A DNA stretch of 64,000 bases from Acanthaster planci (lineage: Eukaryota): the NCBI RefSeq assembly GCF_001949145.1, contig NW_019091356.1:2736932-2800931 (forward strand), read 5' to 3'. The translations under genes and the position numbers were made by a program. How positions within the stretch are numbered: the first letter of the stretch is position 1; every line of letters begins with the position of its first letter. Shown here one piece after another: positions 61,201-64,000 of the stretch. The notes beneath the pieces were generated by a model. That model was not told the origin of the DNA and made no database searches. It was given only the letters and a program-made list of their open reading frames with translations.

Positions 61201-63756
61201 AAAAGTTAAAACTCGCAAATTTTGGACTCGGGGAAAAATCTACCCTGAAATCTAGTTCCGGATCCATCTTTAGGGAATGCACAGAAAAAAAAATATAAAA
61301 AAACTTGTTGATCGCGACCCTTAACATTTTTGTTACCTTACCTTATTGAGTACTGAGAAATGCACAGTCAGACCTGAGTATCTTCATCTTTTGTTTCATT
61401 GTTTTATTGACGCTTACAGGTGAAAAGGTTTGGCCCATTGATCCAACAACAGGTTGGTATGCTATAGACAATCTATGCCTTTTTGAAGTGACAATAAAGA
61501 ATTACTTAAATAGTTTGCATGTGGTGTCTTGTGAATGAGCTACCCAGACATTAGGTATAGCCAACAAATTTTTCAGCGTTATCATTTTAGGTGCGGATCC
61601 GGGGAGGGGGTGTTACTCAATGCACCCAACCCCTGCTCTGATAGCCCCTAAAAGATTTAAAAATTGAATAACAAATATGGTAATAACCCAACAAACTGAC
61701 GATGTCACACTATGTGTATAAAGGTGAGTGCTTCAGTAACAATGTCAGGTTACCTATGTGTCTGCCTGTCTGCAACAGTGAGACATGAAAAATCTGACAG
61801 GCCTGATGAGCCCCCCGCCCATTTTATGTTGGCCAGTTTTTCCTACCATCCTGCCTGCAGCTATTGGCACCTGCGACTCAGGCTGGAATCTCTTCAATAA
61901 GAACTGCTACTACATTGAGACCAAGCTGGACACCTACGACGTGGGCAGGCAGGCCTGCATCAACATGGGGTCCACACTGACGAGTATTCTGGACAGTGAC
62001 GAGCAGTCCTACTTGTCAAGTAAATGGCCTCATTCTTCTGTAATGTGCACACCAGATCACATCAAACATCAAACCAGATTGATCCAAACTGGCCCGTCCC
62101 AAGGGTTCCCACGGTCATGGGAAATCCTGGAAAATACTAAGAAGGAAGTTGTCCCGGAAAGTCATGGAAATTAGAGAGAAAGTAGGGTATCCTCGAATTC
62201 TCTTATCAAAAGGAAAAAAGTCATGGAAATCAAGATCATGCAACATTGCCCACTTTTTTTGATGTGATAACAGAATAGTAATGAAGTTGCAGGCTATCCT
62301 TGTAAGTCTCTAGTAGTGACTGTGGCAGTCGTCTAGTTTGTGATACTGAGCAGAAATTGTCATATTTGAGTCCCGGATAGTCTTGGAGAAGTCATGGAAT
62401 TTGGTTTTAGATTTCTGTGGGAGGCCTGATCCTCCACTTTCATTGACGAGGCCACCTGGGCATCAAGAGGCTGACCAACTGTCAATGAATTATGTCACTG
62501 TTTCTGATTTGTATTTTTTGTTATGTTTGCATTTCAGTGAGGACTTACATGCTCAAAGTGTTTTTGTGGATTGGACTGAATGACAAGCAGACATCAAAAG
62601 TCTTTGTCTGGGAAGACGGCTCCCCTGTAAGCAACATCAATTGTTGAATGAATACATTGGTAAAGTTTGAGGTAGCCACTGATGAGTATAGACCTTTCCT
62701 TTGCTACGTTACTGTCACTTTGTTTGATGTGAGCTGCGCCAGCCACCACAATGTATTAGTAAATGCACTCTAACAGGGGTAGAATTTTTTACTTGGGGAA
62801 TTACGGATTTCTTCATAGTTTTTTTGTGTGTCAGGCCAAATTTAAGGTTCTTTTTAAACTTTTCAGATTTGGGAGGGAATCAAATTGTTCCAAAGATCCT
62901 TCCTCTTGTTAAAATAAACAAGAACGACAACAACAATCTTCTAATTCCCTGTAGACATGTAAATATTCTGACTTCTATAAATACCTGGAGAATTTCACAA
63001 TGAAACTACCTTAGGTGCAACATTATTGTTGCCTTAATACATCACGGAAAAAAGGAGAAGATATATCAGCCAAATTTTAAAATGAAATCAAACACCATAT
63101 GCACTGGCCCTTAAGAGCAAATTGTACAATATCTTCACAGCTTTTTAAGTTACGGCATGTTTGCATGTATACATTAAAACCGATATTCCTTCACTAACTC
63201 ATGATGAGTTGATTTAGAATTTTATGCCATAGCAAGCAGAGACTCGTCACTTACAGTAAGTAGAGCAGTGAAATCATGCCAGCTTACTGCATTGATTCAC
63301 CCATTGAGCTTGATGAAAGACTCAAGCACCACACCTGTTTGGTTCTTCATGTGTGAGTTAAGTTGGCATAGTGGCCTTTCACCTGTGCGGCCCGGGCTCG
63401 ATTCCTGGCTCGGTCCACATGTAGATTGGGTTTTCAGTCCCTTCCTGATTCCATGGATATTACCCAGAATATCTCCTGGGTGAAAAGTTTCTTCCCACCT
63501 CTAAAAACTGCACCTTTGAGGAATCCTTGGTTTCAGCACCAGAAATGTTCAATAATAATAGTAATAAAAATAATGATTGGTTGGTCTTTTGTACAGTATG
63601 GCTTTACGTACTGGGCCCCTGGTCAGCCAGATCACTACGGCAGTGGCGACAGTGAAAGGTGCGTACACTTCCGGAGTTACGAACTTCAGGAAGGAATGTG
63701 GAACGACTTGCCCTGCGGCAACAAAATGGCTGGCTACATCTGCAAAAAGAAAGCAG
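49220..63756 (+). CDS. Gene B: tandem paralogue, mannose receptor-like multi-CTLD protein; signal peptide and CTLD1-4 seen, 3' end beyond the window
   Basis: Exons 49220-49262 (MRSLLICLLALLPL), 52642-52805, 53722-53843, 54606-54736, 55424-55644, 57388-57476, 57820-57932, 58249-58378, 59825-59907, 60355-60471, 60976-61047, 61420-61452, 61861-62019, 62538-62626, 63597-63756; same phases as gene A exons 1-15, seven exons of identical length (113, 130, 83, 72, 33, 159, 89 nt). Confidence 0.88.
51323..51445. mobile_element. MITE-like element
   Basis: TIR AGGCCGTGTCTGAGTCACTTGTCTAC / GTAGCCAAGTGAGTCAGACACGGCTT. Confidence 0.65.
56260..57101. other. Assembly gap (842 N) in gene B intron 5
   Basis: Run of N; flanking exons 55644 and 57388 join in phase 0 as in gene A, so no exon is required inside. 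Confidence 0.98.
62100..62428. mobile_element. MITE-like element with GTCATGGAA subrepeats
   Basis: AGGGTTCCCACGG start, GTGGGAGGCCTG end, repeated GTCATGG(A/G)A. Confidence 0.5.
63355..63510 (+). mobile_element. tRNA-derived SINE remnant
   Basis: GCCTTTCACCTGTGCGGCCCGGGCTCGATTCC (B-box), then ATGTAGATTGGGTTTTCAGTCCC...TTCCCACCTCTAAAA. Confidence 0.5.
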
Positions 63757-64000
63757 GTAATGCCTACACTTATTTCTTTTATGCCCCCCAAACCATTCAT
63801 CGTCCCTTCAGTGACCCTTCTTCACTGCCGCCCCTTCCTTTTTTAGCTCCCAGTTTTAATGCCCGTTCCCTTGTGCCTTGCTTTTTCAATGCAATTTTCG
63901 ACCCCCAATTTAAGTGACTTCCCAAAACCCTTAAAACATCAAAATCTTAGAAAATGTGTAGAATTAATTCATTGTTTTAAAATGGAAGATTTTTTACATT

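Overview
Eukaryotic, intron-rich DNA, probably from an invertebrate deuterostome such as an echinoderm (inference from gene content and repeats). The window holds two tandem plus-strand paralogues of a macrophage mannose receptor (MRC1)-like multi-C-type-lectin receptor. Gene A was assembled by hand from GT-AG junctions: 52 coding exons, 4504-46721, 7380 nt, 2459 aa, all junction phases consistent. Its order is signal peptide, CTLD1-4, a farnesoic-acid-O-methyltransferase-like (Methyltransf_FA) domain, CTLD5, PAN/Apple, CTLD6-8, a duplicated three-CTLD cassette (CTLD9-11), CTLD12-15, a Pro/Thr stalk, a TM helix and a tail with FDNAAY. An intron of gene A contains a second signal-peptide plus mucin exon (33548-33920) that splices in frame to the C-terminal half, which suggests an internal promoter and a short (~808 aa) membrane isoform, or incipient gene fission. 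Gene B starts at 49220, shares the first 15 exons' structure, has swapped sugar-binding motifs and runs off the window end. Introns carry several MITE families, tRNA-derived SINEs and an L2-type LINE 3' fragment. An assembly gap lies at 56260-57101.
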